From an uncultured Gammaproteobacteria bacterium (GTDB lineage: Bacteria > Patescibacteriota > Microgenomatia > UBA8517): a stretch of DNA of 64,000 nucleotides. Shown in pieces: positions 18,215 through 26,725 of the stretch; positions within the stretch are counted from its first letter, which is position 1, and every line of letters starts with the position of its first letter. The notes under the pieces were generated by a model. That model did no database searches. It saw nothing but the letters and a program-made list of their open reading frames with translations, and was not told the DNA's origin. The translations under genes and the position numbers were made by a program. The stretch lies in assembly GCA_964635715.1 (NCBI GenBank), contig CAZWNZ010000003.1, forward strand, positions 37,153-101,152, written 5' to 3'.

Positions 18215-19417
18215 TTAGATTGAATAATTCTTAAGAGTTTTTTTGATTATTGAAGCATATTCCTTCAGTACTTTTTTGTATTCCGGGGTATCGTATATGT
18301 CAATCGGAAATTTTATGGCATTGTTAAAAAAGTTTTCAGCTATTGGGAAATCACCTTTCTTATAATTTACCAGTCCCTTATATCCAGGATAAAGTAGGCT
18401 CGGGTCTTGGAACAACTTCAGTAAATTAAGGGGACAGGTTGAACCCGGCATGTCTGCGTCCAAAATACCATTTTCGATTAACTTATCGCAGAATTCTTTG
18501 GTGGATATTGAAATCTTTTTAGGGTTAATTTGGATAACAAATGCGTACCAACTAGGTTCCACACCGTCAATAAACGCTGGAGTTTTTATGGCCTCAACGT
18601 CTTTAAGTAACGTCGCCAAATATTTTGCATTGTTATTCATTATTTTATGCCACATCTGTAGATGGCTCATTTGCTCTTCAGCAATCGCAATGGCAAGAGG
18701 ATGGGCTCGAAGCTTTAATCCAAAGCCCGTTAATGCGTAAGGGTAATATTTGGAATCTGGAAGAATTTCCTGTTTGCATCTTTTGTTGTAGTGCCCAAAA
18801 AGTAGTCCACGTTCATAGACCTCACTGTCGTCTGTGACCATTATTCCGCCCTCACCTCCGGTAATAATTTTCTGACCCTGTAAACTAAACGCCCCAACTG
18901 TTCCGAAAGTGCCTACGAGTTTGTCTTTGTATATTGCTCCATGGGCATGCGAGACATCTTCTATGAGTTTTAGATTATGTTTTTTACAGATGGCAATAAT
19001 TTTATCCATTTCACAGGGAACACCCCACATATGAGTAACAACCAACCCTTTTGTCTTGGGGGTAATAAGTGACTCAATTTTATTCGGATCGATGTTACCA
19101 TCTTCTCTTGCGTCGCAAAGTATCGGAATTGCTCCGGTTTGAAATAATGGAGTAACTGTGGCAAAAAAAGTGTATGCCGGGCATATTACTTCGTCTCCAG
19201 GGCCAAAACCACAACCAACCATCGCAGCATGTAACGACGCGGTTCCGGAACTAAAAAGCAGGGCATATTTGGTACCATACACTTTTGCAAATTTGTTCTC
19301 AAATCTCTCAAAAATCCCTGATCTGTTATAAATAGAAATTTCCCCTTTATTTAGTTCAGTATTGACAGCCTTTTTAGTCTCTTTTGTTATATGAGGCCAA
19401 ATGTATTTGTAATTCAT
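18215..19417 (-). CDS. DegT/DnrJ/EryC1/StrS-family PLP-dependent sugar aminotransferase
   Basis: FSLQGQKIITGGEGGIMVTDD lysine-containing motif typical of the family. Confidence 0.85.
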   Translation of the reverse strand: MNYKYIWPHITKETKKAVNTELNKGEISIYNRSGIFERFENKFAKVYGTKYALLFSSGTASLHAAMVGCGFGPGDEVICPAYTFFATVTPLFQTGAIPILCDAREDGNIDPNKIESLITPKTKGLVVTHMWGVPCEMDKIIAICKKHNLKLIEDVSHAHGAIYKDKLVGTFGTVGAFSLQGQKIITGGEGGIMVTDDSEVYERGLLFGHYNKRCKQEILPDSKYYPYALTGFGLKLRAHPLAIAIAEEQMSHLQMWHKIMNNNAKYLATLLKDVEAIKTPAFIDGVEPSWYAFVIQINPKKISISTKEFCDKLIENGILDADMPGSTCPLNLLKLFQDPSLLYPGYKGLVNYKKGDFPIAENFFNNAIKFPIDIYDTPEYKKVLKEYASIIKKTLKNYSI

Positions 19418-19422
19418 AATAT

Positions 19423-20388
19423 TTATTTTTTATTTATTGCTTCGTAAATCTCTTTAATAAATTCCATGTTTTTTATATTATTTTCTTGAACATCTTTGAA
19501 TCCTGTACCACTTTTAATCCTGGTCATAAAAAAATCGAGTTGTTTATCCATCATTTCTTCTGTGTTTTCCGTGGTTATATCGTTAATCAATTCTCCCAAT
19601 TTGTTTTTAATCTTTATGTTTTTCTTGTCTCCAATCAGATGACCGTTTGATCCATGGAGACTGTAAGTTTCGATTTTTTCGCCAGTTGATCTCGACAGAG
19701 TTATCGTGCCGTTAAGGCCTGTTTTGTATCCAAACAATATCGATGCAGTGTCTTCGGTGTAAGTTCCGGCAAGTTTAGAATTTGCAAGTGCGGAAGTTCT
19801 GGCAGCGATAAAATCCGGTTTACCGAACCACCATACCAACTGATCAATAATGTGGTAACCCATATCTAAAATACATCCTCCTCCCGCAACTTCTTTATCG
19901 CCTCTCCAGCCCTCGGCTGGATTTTCGATATTTAATTTATATATAGCGTTAAAGAGGAATGGAGTACCAATTTCCGAAATTGACTCTTTCGCTTTCTGGT
20001 ATAAAGAACTAAAGCGCCTTTGTGTACAAATAAAACCATATTTTTCAAATCCTTTAATTTTGGTTAAGGTCACAGCCTCTTCATTATTTCTGGCAAATGG
20101 CTTTTCCTTCATAAAGAAGATCTTGTTTGCACAAAGAAATGCGGCAATTGATTTATATTGATCGTGAGGTACCGAGACAATGCAGAAATCAATATTTTTT
20201 ACAGGAAGATCTTTGAAGTCTCTAAAATAAGGAACGGAAACTAGATTTGGGTACATCGATTTAAAATTGGAATAAGAAGCACTGGATGGGTCACAAATGG
20301 CCACAATTTTCACATCCTCTCTCCTGATTAAGGAGGGGAGATGGTCGTTTAAGTTTTGCCTACCCAGACCAATAATTGCGACTTGCAT
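19423..20388 (-). CDS. Gfo/Idh/MocA-family oxidoreductase
   Basis: N-terminal MQVAIIGLGRQ Rossmann motif and the family's architecture. Confidence 0.8.
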   Translation of the reverse strand: MQVAIIGLGRQNLNDHLPSLIRREDVKIVAICDPSSASYSNFKSMYPNLVSVPYFRDFKDLPVKNIDFCIVSVPHDQYKSIAAFLCANKIFFMKEKPFARNNEEAVTLTKIKGFEKYGFICTQRRFSSLYQKAKESISEIGTPFLFNAIYKLNIENPAEGWRGDKEVAGGGCILDMGYHIIDQLVWWFGKPDFIAARTSALANSKLAGTYTEDTASILFGYKTGLNGTITLSRSTGEKIETYSLHGSNGHLIGDKKNIKIKNKLGELINDITTENTEEMMDKQLDFFMTRIKSGTGFKDVQENNIKNMEFIKEIYEAINKK

Positions 20389-20406
20389 AAAACCGTGTAT
20401 AATTTA

Positions 20407-20438
20407 ACAATGCGTACTAAATACGCATTGTATGCGTA
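20407..20438. promoter_or_regulatory. candidate operator: three TACGCA half-sites, CAATGCGTA-ctaaa-TACGCATTG overlapping ATACGCAT-tgt-ATGCGTAT
   Basis: Perfect 9-bp inverted repeat overlapping a perfect 8-bp inverted repeat, in the divergent intergenic region between 19423..20388 (-) and 20522..21205 (+). Confidence 0.4.
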
Positions 20439-20521
20439 TTCTATACTTGTTAAAAAAAAGTGTCAATAGATAAGAAAAAGAAGTAAAAAACAGTGGAAAC
20501 TAAGAAAGGAAAATTTTTAGT

Positions 20522-21205
20522 ATGGTTACAAAAAAATGCAAGGTATTAAAAATAAGCCCTTTTCGACTAGAAGTCGAAGGTACTGATGGTTCGGGAAAAA
20601 GCACATTGATGGATTCCTTGAAAAAATCCCTACACTCTAGATATCCCAGTAAAAGAATAGTTTGTCTGCCTGAATTTTCAGATACTCCACTTGGGTATAT
20701 GGTAGGAAATGTCATAAAAGAAAAAACTTTCTTTTCGTTAGGTGTAAAAAAATCCAACCTCCCGCTGGCAGAAACTTTATGTCTGGCCGGGGATTATATT
20801 GCCAAACTGGAGAAACTCAAGCAATGTCCCAATCCTAACCCGGATATTATTATATCTGACAGAGGCATTGCGACTTTTTGGGTATATCAAGAGATGAGAC
20901 TTAATAAAACATATCGTAATTCTGAGGATGTGTTTAAGGAATGGATGGATCACATGTTTTCTCAGATCGAACCTCCCGATCTCACAGTAATTCTTACTTC
21001 TTCTGAGGAAAGTTTAAGACAAAGATTGGCTAATCGGGGCGATAATGTTACGAATGAATCAATGAAGTTCATACTTACTGCTCAATCAAAATATATTAAT
21101 CTGGCATCCAATAATGATAATTTCTTGATTATAGAAAATTCCGATGGAAATTTACATGAAGTTGTGGAAAAAGTTGTGAGCGCAGTTGCCTGTAAAATCA
21201 GTTGA
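20522..21205 (+). CDS. thymidylate kinase-like (dNMP kinase family) protein
   Basis: P-loop LEVEGTDGSGKST (cf. Tmk IEGxDGxGKST) and a DRG(I) segment at the DR(Y/F) position. Confidence 0.6.
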   Translation: MVTKKCKVLKISPFRLEVEGTDGSGKSTLMDSLKKSLHSRYPSKRIVCLPEFSDTPLGYMVGNVIKEKTFFSLGVKKSNLPLAETLCLAGDYIAKLEKLKQCPNPNPDIIISDRGIATFWVYQEMRLNKTYRNSEDVFKEWMDHMFSQIEPPDLTVILTSSEESLRQRLANRGDNVTNESMKFILTAQSKYINLASNNDNFLIIENSDGNLHEVVEKVVSAVACKIS

Positions 21206-21510
21206 CATTATTTACTGTCAATTCTTCAATATATTTTTCGGCGATTGGAACCCTTTTTATAATCATCAATTATTGTTTTAATTAAGGGTTTGGGAAATAA
21301 GTTTTCAGACAAATTGTTTTCATAACACGCCTTTCTCCGGATAATGAAGCCAATAACTATTAGGCGCTTGGCTAAGAGACAGGGATTCCTGCCTCGAGTT
21401 GCTTTGGTCAAGGTGGGCGTACCCCGTTAGGCAGATCCAGAATCTGCAGTCCTACCCGCCTAGACTCGACAGTCTAGTCGAGGCTGGCGATTAGATGATC
21501 ATTGGCAAAG

Positions 21511-21581
21511 CTGTGGAGCTTGGATTCGGACCAAGATAACATCCTCCAGAGGGATGTGTCCTACCGTTAGACGACTCCACA
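21511..21581 (-). tRNA. tRNA-Gln (anticodon CUG)-like
   Basis: Manual cloverleaf: acceptor TGTGGAG/CTCCACA (U1:A72, G73 as in bacterial tRNA-Gln), D arm GTCT-AACGGTA-GGAC, anticodon arm CATCC-CTCTGGA-GGATG, T arm CTTGG-TCCGAAT-CCAAG. The T loop has C at position 55 (non-canonical). No encoded CCA. Confidence 0.55.
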
Positions 21582-21587
21582 ACTTTG

Positions 21588-21839
21588 CTAATGATAAGTT
21601 TTCTTAAACAGGTTCTTTAAAAACTTCCTGCCGGCGCAAGATTTTAAATATTTTTCTCTCTTTCTTGCCTCTTCTCTATTGTTAAATTTTTCTGTGTAAA
21701 TAACATTCCAGGGCATGTATCTTTTAGTATAAAAACTTTCTCCTAAATTATGTTGAGACAATCTTTCGTCAAGATTGTCTGTAATTCCTACATAACTTTT
21801 ATTTACTGTGAGACTTTTTAAAACATACACGACATACAT
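21588..21839 (-). CDS. small GIY-YIG nuclease-family protein (YhbQ-like)
   Basis: YVVYVLKS...KSYVGITDNLDERLSQHN GIY-YIG core in an ~83-aa protein. It ends 7 nt upstream of the tRNA-Gln on the same strand. Confidence 0.8.
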   Translation of the reverse strand: MYVVYVLKSLTVNKSYVGITDNLDERLSQHNLGESFYTKRYMPWNVIYTEKFNNREEARKREKYLKSCAGRKFLKNLFKKTYH

Positions 21840-21977
21840 TTTCCACAGACTAGCAGGCTTATTGTATCATCTGAAGCTGAAAATTTCTTAATATTGCTGG
21901 TGGTAGGAGGACGAGTTATTTTTAATATTTCTTAAAAATAGCTTGTCGCTACCACCTCGCTCTATGTGAAAATTATT

Positions 21978-22376
21978 TTATTGGGATGGGTAGATAACTT
22001 CTTTGCAAATTAGTAACTGAACTCGAGGATCAAATGCGATGTTTCGTGGTTTTAGTACTGATTGATCCTGGATCCTTGTTAATGAAAGCTGATTTAGCTT
22101 TCCGCAGGGGGTATTTGGATTATCAATATCCCTCAACTCTTTTGGTGAAAGATTGTATCCGTTCATATCCCTTAACAAGTATCCAAATACAGCCTTTGTT
22201 CCTCTGTTGATAGGCAAATGATTACTGAGTCGGAATAGGTCCACCAAGCATTCAGGTAGTACTCTATTTCGCGATTCAATAATTGCTGCAATTTCATCAG
22301 TCCAAAATTGCAATTGGCCAAGATAACTCACAAGCTGATCATCTTTTGGATTTATCGAGTTCAAATTAATTTCCAT
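21978..22376 (-). CDS. hypothetical protein
   Basis: Clean 132-aa ORF with no recognisable motif. Confidence 0.35.
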   Translation of the reverse strand: MEINLNSINPKDDQLVSYLGQLQFWTDEIAAIIESRNRVLPECLVDLFRLSNHLPINRGTKAVFGYLLRDMNGYNLSPKELRDIDNPNTPCGKLNQLSLTRIQDQSVLKPRNIAFDPRVQLLICKEVIYPSQ

Positions 22377-22446
22377 CCCCTTACTCTCCTTTTTGAAATA
22401 ATTTTTAGGTGCGAGGCCCTATAATACACCTTTAAATTGACAATAA

Positions 22447-22827
22447 TCAAATAAAACGTAGGATTTTAGGAAGAAAAATAATTGCCCCGACCAGGAAAGC
22501 CGCAATTGAAGAAATCAAAACCGCTCCGGCTGAAACGTCTTTGGCAATTTTGGCTTTTTCCTGAATTTCGGGACTTATCATATCCACCATTGCTTCAACG
22601 GCGGTATTTATAAGCTCCAGAATAAGTACGAAGGCAATGACAACAATGAGATTAAACCATTCGGAAACTGAAATTTTCAAAACTATACCCAAAATAATTG
22701 CGGCAACCCCCGCCAAAATTTGAACCCTGAAATTTCTGCCTTTCCTAAATTCGGTTGCAATACCCTCGAAGGCAAACCCGAAACTTTTGGCTAAAGAGTG
22801 TTTTGATTCCACACACCATGATATCAT
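22447..22827 (-). CDS. dgkA: diacylglycerol kinase (DgkA family)
   Basis: RNFRVQ, ELINTAVEAMVD and AKDVSAGAVL motifs of prokaryotic DgkA. The start is trimmed to MISWCVE; the upstream part of the track ORF is antisense to the PAP2 gene. Confidence 0.65.
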   Translation of the reverse strand: MISWCVESKHSLAKSFGFAFEGIATEFRKGRNFRVQILAGVAAIILGIVLKISVSEWFNLIVVIAFVLILELINTAVEAMVDMISPEIQEKAKIAKDVSAGAVLISSIAAFLVGAIIFLPKILRFI

Positions 22828-23305
22828 GAAATATATGGAAAGTGCTGTTCTGGAGTTCTCTGCAACATTTTTAATTTGGATTTTATACGCAAGCTTTATT
22901 GTTCTTTGGTTTGTTAATGGGCGGGTTAAAAGAGAACAAATTTTCAAGGCAATAATCGCAGGTTTGCTGGCTTGGACGATTGCCCAGGGAATCAAACTTG
23001 TTTTTCCAACACTTAGGCCATATATGCTAAATGGCGAACCTGTCGGGGTACTGATAACTCCGATCGGGTCTGCCTTTCCTTCGGCACACACTGCCTTAGC
23101 TTTTAGCTTGGCTGTTACAATTTTTTTACTTGATGGCAAGGTGGGCTGGATATATTTAAGCGCAGCTATGTTTATTGGAATTGCCAGAGTTCTTGCAAAT
23201 GTTCATTACCCGATAGACATAATAGGAGGAGCGCTTATCGGAACCTTAGTGGCAATAATTATAAAAAAAATCCAGACGCTTGGGATTTTGAAAAGGAGGA
23301 AGTAG
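22826..23305 (+). CDS. PAP2-family phosphatase (undecaprenyl-diphosphatase/PgpB-like)
   Basis: KLVFPTLRP (KX6RP), PSAHT (PSGH) and ARVLANVHYPIDI (SRX5HX3D) motifs. The start is chosen at the internal Met to avoid overlap with dgkA. Confidence 0.65.
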   Translation: MKYMESAVLEFSATFLIWILYASFIVLWFVNGRVKREQIFKAIIAGLLAWTIAQGIKLVFPTLRPYMLNGEPVGVLITPIGSAFPSAHTALAFSLAVTIFLLDGKVGWIYLSAAMFIGIARVLANVHYPIDIIGGALIGTLVAIIIKKIQTLGILKRRK

Positions 23306-23444
23306 GCGAGTTATCCCACATATCGTTCACGCCTCAAGCTGCAATTACTGCGGGACTGCGGCCGCAAGATATATAAATTATCTCACCTACCTTGACTTCT
23401 AGCACTTAATTATGTAGACTGCTAATATTGAATTTTAATCATAC

Positions 23445-25874
23445 ATGACAGATTTAAAAATAACCCAAAAAACGATAAGAAATGTTCCCATTGTTCCGGT
23501 ACGTGGCTCTGTTGTTTTTCCTCATACAGATACACTTGTTTCTTTTGGACGTGCAAAAAGCATAGCTGCTGTTAACTTCGCTTTCCAGAAAGATAGAGTT
23601 ATCGCAATTTTTTCACAAAAAGATCCCAGAACCGTAGATCCGGAAGAAGAGGATCTAAACACAATAGGAACAATAGCAACTATCACTCAGATGATGACTA
23701 CCGAGGGAGAAATTCATGCTCTTGTACGTGGTCAAGCTAGGATTACTCTTCGTGAGATAATTGCGAAAGAACCTTATCTTATGGGAAAGGTTGAAGAAAT
23801 ACCGGAAGAAACTAGCCAGGATCCTGCTTTAGGAGTTTTAGCGAAAAAGATGCAAGAGCTTTTCAAAAAAGCGATTAATCTTGGCAAACAGGCAGAAATA
23901 ATGACGGTTATGAAACTTGTTTCCGGAGGTGCTGATCCCATTGAAGTGAGTGATCAAATTGCATCTCTTCTTGACATATCACCGAGTGAAAAACAAAAAA
24001 TTCTGGAAAAGATAAATATTAGAAAGAGATTGGAAGTTGTTTTTGAATATCTGACAAAAGAGGTTAATGCATTGGAGATAGAACAGACGATTTCTTCAAA
24101 GACTCAAGCCAGGTTTGAAAACCAGATGAAAAAGGCAATGCTTCGTGAAAAGAAAAGAACTATTGAGCAGGAATTGGGTGAGATGGACGAAGATGGGGAA
24201 ATGTCGACAGAAGAATTCAAAGAATATAAAACAAAGATAAAAGCTGCAGGAATGCCGGCGGATATTAAAACGCGTGCAGAGAAAGAACTTAAGCGTTTAA
24301 GTGATATGTCTCCCAATAATCCTGAAGGTGCCTATATTAGAAATTATTTGGATTGGATTTGCGACATGCCTTGGAGTAAAGAAACGCCAAATAACGTAGC
24401 GATCAAAAAAGCTTCAAAAATATTGGAAGACGAACATTTTGGAATTGAAAAAGCCAAAGAACGCATTTTGGAATATCTGGCAGTAATGAAACTTAAAAAA
24501 ACATTAAATCCTGAGCGAGCGAAGAGGGCTGAAGGGCATCCGACCATTCTTTGCTTTATTGGACCTCCCGGAGTTGGAAAAACTTCTATTGGACGTTCAA
24601 TTGCTAAAGCTCTAAACCGTAAATTTGTAAGGGTTTCCTTAGGAGGTATTAGGGATGAGGCTGAAATCAGGGGTCACAGGCGTACATATGTTGGAGCCAT
24701 GCCTGGACGCATTATTCAAGGAATGAAGACCGCTGGTACTAAAAACCCGGTTTTTATGCTCGATGAGATAGATAAGATCGGAGTAGATTTTAGAGGTGAT
24801 CCATCAAGTGCACTTCTGGAAGCGCTTGACCCTGAACAGAATAAAGAATTCTCCGATCATTACTTAGAAGTTCCTTTTGATCTTTCAGAGGTAATGTTCA
24901 TTTGTACAGGAAATGTTTTGGATACCATTCCGGCTCCTCTTAGGGATAGGATGGAAGTTATTACTTTTCCGGGTTATACAGAAGATGAGAAGTTTCAAAT
25001 TGCCAAGAAATTCCTTTGGCCGAAACAGGTTGAAGTACAGGGATTGGCCGGTAGGAAAATCGAAATAGCCGATTCTGGTCTCAAGGAAGTTGTTGGAAGT
25101 TATACAAGAGAAGCCGGAGTTAGAAATTTGGAAAGAAATTTGGCAAACATTTGTAGAAAATTGGCCAGACTCATTGCTGAAAACAAGAAACATCCACTTA
25201 AAATTGAGGCAAAAGATGTCAAAAAACTTTTGGGAAACAAGAGATTTACTTCCCAAATTGCAGACAAAAATGACGAAATAGGCCAAAGTACGGGTCTTTC
25301 CGTGACACCTTTTGGTGGAGAAATTCTTTTCATTGAAGTCTCCATTATGCCCGGTAAAGGTAGACTTACTCTTACGGGACAGTTGGGAGATGTCATGAAA
25401 GAGTCTGCTAAGGCAGCATTTACTTGGACAAGATCTCATTATGACGAGTTAGGTCTTAAATCAAACTTTGCTGAGGATATTGATGTTCATATTCATGTGC
25501 CAGAAGGTGCGGTCCAAAAAGACGGACCGTCAGCTGGGGTGGCGATAACCACAGCCTTGGTATCTGCACTGACAGGAATTCCGGTCAAACGTCATGTTGG
25601 TATGACCGGAGAAATTACCCTACGGGGTCGTGTTTTGGAAATTGGAGGCTTAAAAGAAAAATCAATTGCGGGGCACCGGGCAGGCCTCACCACCATAATT
25701 TGTCCTAAAGACAACAAAAAAGATATGGATGAGATTCCATCTCAAGTTAAGAAGGATATTAAATTTGTTTTTGCTGAAAAAGCTGAAGATGTTTTAGATG
25801 TTGCCTTGGTTTCACCTTTACCTAAAGGAAATGTAAAAAGTACTCCAATTTCGACGATGCTCGCAGCAAACTAA
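23445..25874 (+). CDS. lon: ATP-dependent Lon protease
   Basis: Walker A GPPGVGKTS, Walker B MLDEIDK, C-terminal PKDGPSAG catalytic Ser motif, 809 aa. Confidence 0.95.
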   Translation: MTDLKITQKTIRNVPIVPVRGSVVFPHTDTLVSFGRAKSIAAVNFAFQKDRVIAIFSQKDPRTVDPEEEDLNTIGTIATITQMMTTEGEIHALVRGQARITLREIIAKEPYLMGKVEEIPEETSQDPALGVLAKKMQELFKKAINLGKQAEIMTVMKLVSGGADPIEVSDQIASLLDISPSEKQKILEKINIRKRLEVVFEYLTKEVNALEIEQTISSKTQARFENQMKKAMLREKKRTIEQELGEMDEDGEMSTEEFKEYKTKIKAAGMPADIKTRAEKELKRLSDMSPNNPEGAYIRNYLDWICDMPWSKETPNNVAIKKASKILEDEHFGIEKAKERILEYLAVMKLKKTLNPERAKRAEGHPTILCFIGPPGVGKTSIGRSIAKALNRKFVRVSLGGIRDEAEIRGHRRTYVGAMPGRIIQGMKTAGTKNPVFMLDEIDKIGVDFRGDPSSALLEALDPEQNKEFSDHYLEVPFDLSEVMFICTGNVLDTIPAPLRDRMEVITFPGYTEDEKFQIAKKFLWPKQVEVQGLAGRKIEIADSGLKEVVGSYTREAGVRNLERNLANICRKLARLIAENKKHPLKIEAKDVKKLLGNKRFTSQIADKNDEIGQSTGLSVTPFGGEILFIEVSIMPGKGRLTLTGQLGDVMKESAKAAFTWTRSHYDELGLKSNFAEDIDVHIHVPEGAVQKDGPSAGVAITTALVSALTGIPVKRHVGMTGEITLRGRVLEIGGLKEKSIAGHRAGLTTIICPKDNKKDMDEIPSQVKKDIKFVFAEKAEDVLDVALVSPLPKGNVKSTPISTMLAAN

Positions 25875-25904
25875 TTGTGACCATAATTGTCTCTTTCAAG
25901 TTGT

Positions 25905-25977
25905 GTCGCCAGAGGGATTCGAACCCTCAATTTCTTGGATGAGAACCAAGTATCCTAAGCCGTTAGATGATGGCGAC
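25905..25977 (-). tRNA. tRNA-Glu (anticodon CUC)
   Basis: Manual cloverleaf: acceptor GTCGCCA/TGGCGAC, D arm ATCT-AACGGCTTA-GGAT, anticodon arm CTTGG-TTCTCAT-CCAAG, T arm GAGGG-TTCGAAT-CCCTC. Confidence 0.75.
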
Positions 25978-26107
25978 AAATGTTTCTGAGCGACACCGTC
26001 CTAAGATCGTTAAGCATAGCTTGCACTACCTTTCCATTGTAGACGATGAGGCCTTAAGTTCAATATTTTAGCACATTTTTGATTTGTTTTGATACCTTTT
26101 GAATTTC

Positions 26108-26136
26108 TTGACAAGGTTATTGCAAACGTATAAAAT
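26108..26136 (+). promoter_or_regulatory. sigma70-like promoter (TTGACA-17-TAAAAT) upstream of greA
   Basis: Consensus -35 at 26108-26113, a 17-nt spacer, and -10 TAAAAT at 26131-26136. Confidence 0.45.
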
Positions 26137-26219
26137 CTCCATCGTTGGCCTAAAAAGTAAATGCGATCTCTCCAAGGTTTGCGCGTGGGGAGAATTTTTT
26201 TTCACCAAAACACAATAGA

Positions 26220-26678
26220 ATGAAAAACAATGTGAAATTGACTCAGGAAGGGCTTATTGCCCTAAAAACTGAGCTTAAAGATTTAAGGGATGTAAAAAGA
26301 CCCAAGCTTGTTGATAGGCTCGCAAATGCCCGTTCTCAAGGAGATTTAAGCGAAAATAGCGATTATCAAAGCGCCAAAGAGGAACTTGAGTTTCTTGATG
26401 GTAGAATTGACGAGCTTGAGGAAGTCATTAAGAATGCAAAAGTTACGGCTGCGAAAAAAAGCGGCGGAGTTGACGTGGGAACAAAAGTTACCGTAAAAGT
26501 TGGCACAAATAAAGTAATTTTTAACATAGTCGGTGAATGGGAAGCCGATCCTGTGAATAAAAAGATTTCTCACGAATCCCCGCTTGGAAAGGCACTTTTT
26601 GGCAAAAAAGTTGGAGAAAAAGTAGACGTTGAAGCTCCTGCCGGGAAAGTTCAGTACGAAATTGTTGCGATTGAGTAA
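26220..26678 (+). CDS. greA: transcription elongation factor GreA
   Basis: GDLSENSDYQSAKEE coiled-coil tip and SHESPLGKALFGKKVGEKV C-terminal domain. Confidence 0.9.
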   Translation: MKNNVKLTQEGLIALKTELKDLRDVKRPKLVDRLANARSQGDLSENSDYQSAKEELEFLDGRIDELEEVIKNAKVTAAKKSGGVDVGTKVTVKVGTNKVIFNIVGEWEADPVNKKISHESPLGKALFGKKVGEKVDVEAPAGKVQYEIVAIE

Positions 26679-26725
26679 ATTCTTCTAATGCTTGAGAAGG
26701 CCGGAGTTACGAGTTAAACTAAGGC

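Noticed and set aside
21226-21411. 61-aa minus-strand ORF
   Set aside because: Arg/Lys-rich, no motif, and overlaps the GC-rich structured RNA-like region; probably not coding.
21330-21590. Possibility that the GC-rich island is tmRNA, RNase P RNA or a group I intron hosting the GIY-YIG gene
   Set aside because: None of the conserved tmRNA (GGGG...tag ORF...UCCACCA), RNase P (GGAAAGUCCGG / ACAGAAACCCGGCUUA) or group I P7 motifs were found by eye. A regular tRNA cloverleaf explains the 3' part, and no interrupted host gene flanks the GIY-YIG ORF. An Rfam scan is still needed.
22828-23139. Upstream 104 aa of the 230-aa minus ORF
   Set aside because: Antisense to the PAP2 phosphatase gene, which has all three PAP2 motifs; dgkA proper starts at 22827.
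24104-25439. Several 60-180-aa minus-strand ORFs inside lon
   Set aside because: Embedded antisense in a well-supported 809-aa Lon gene.
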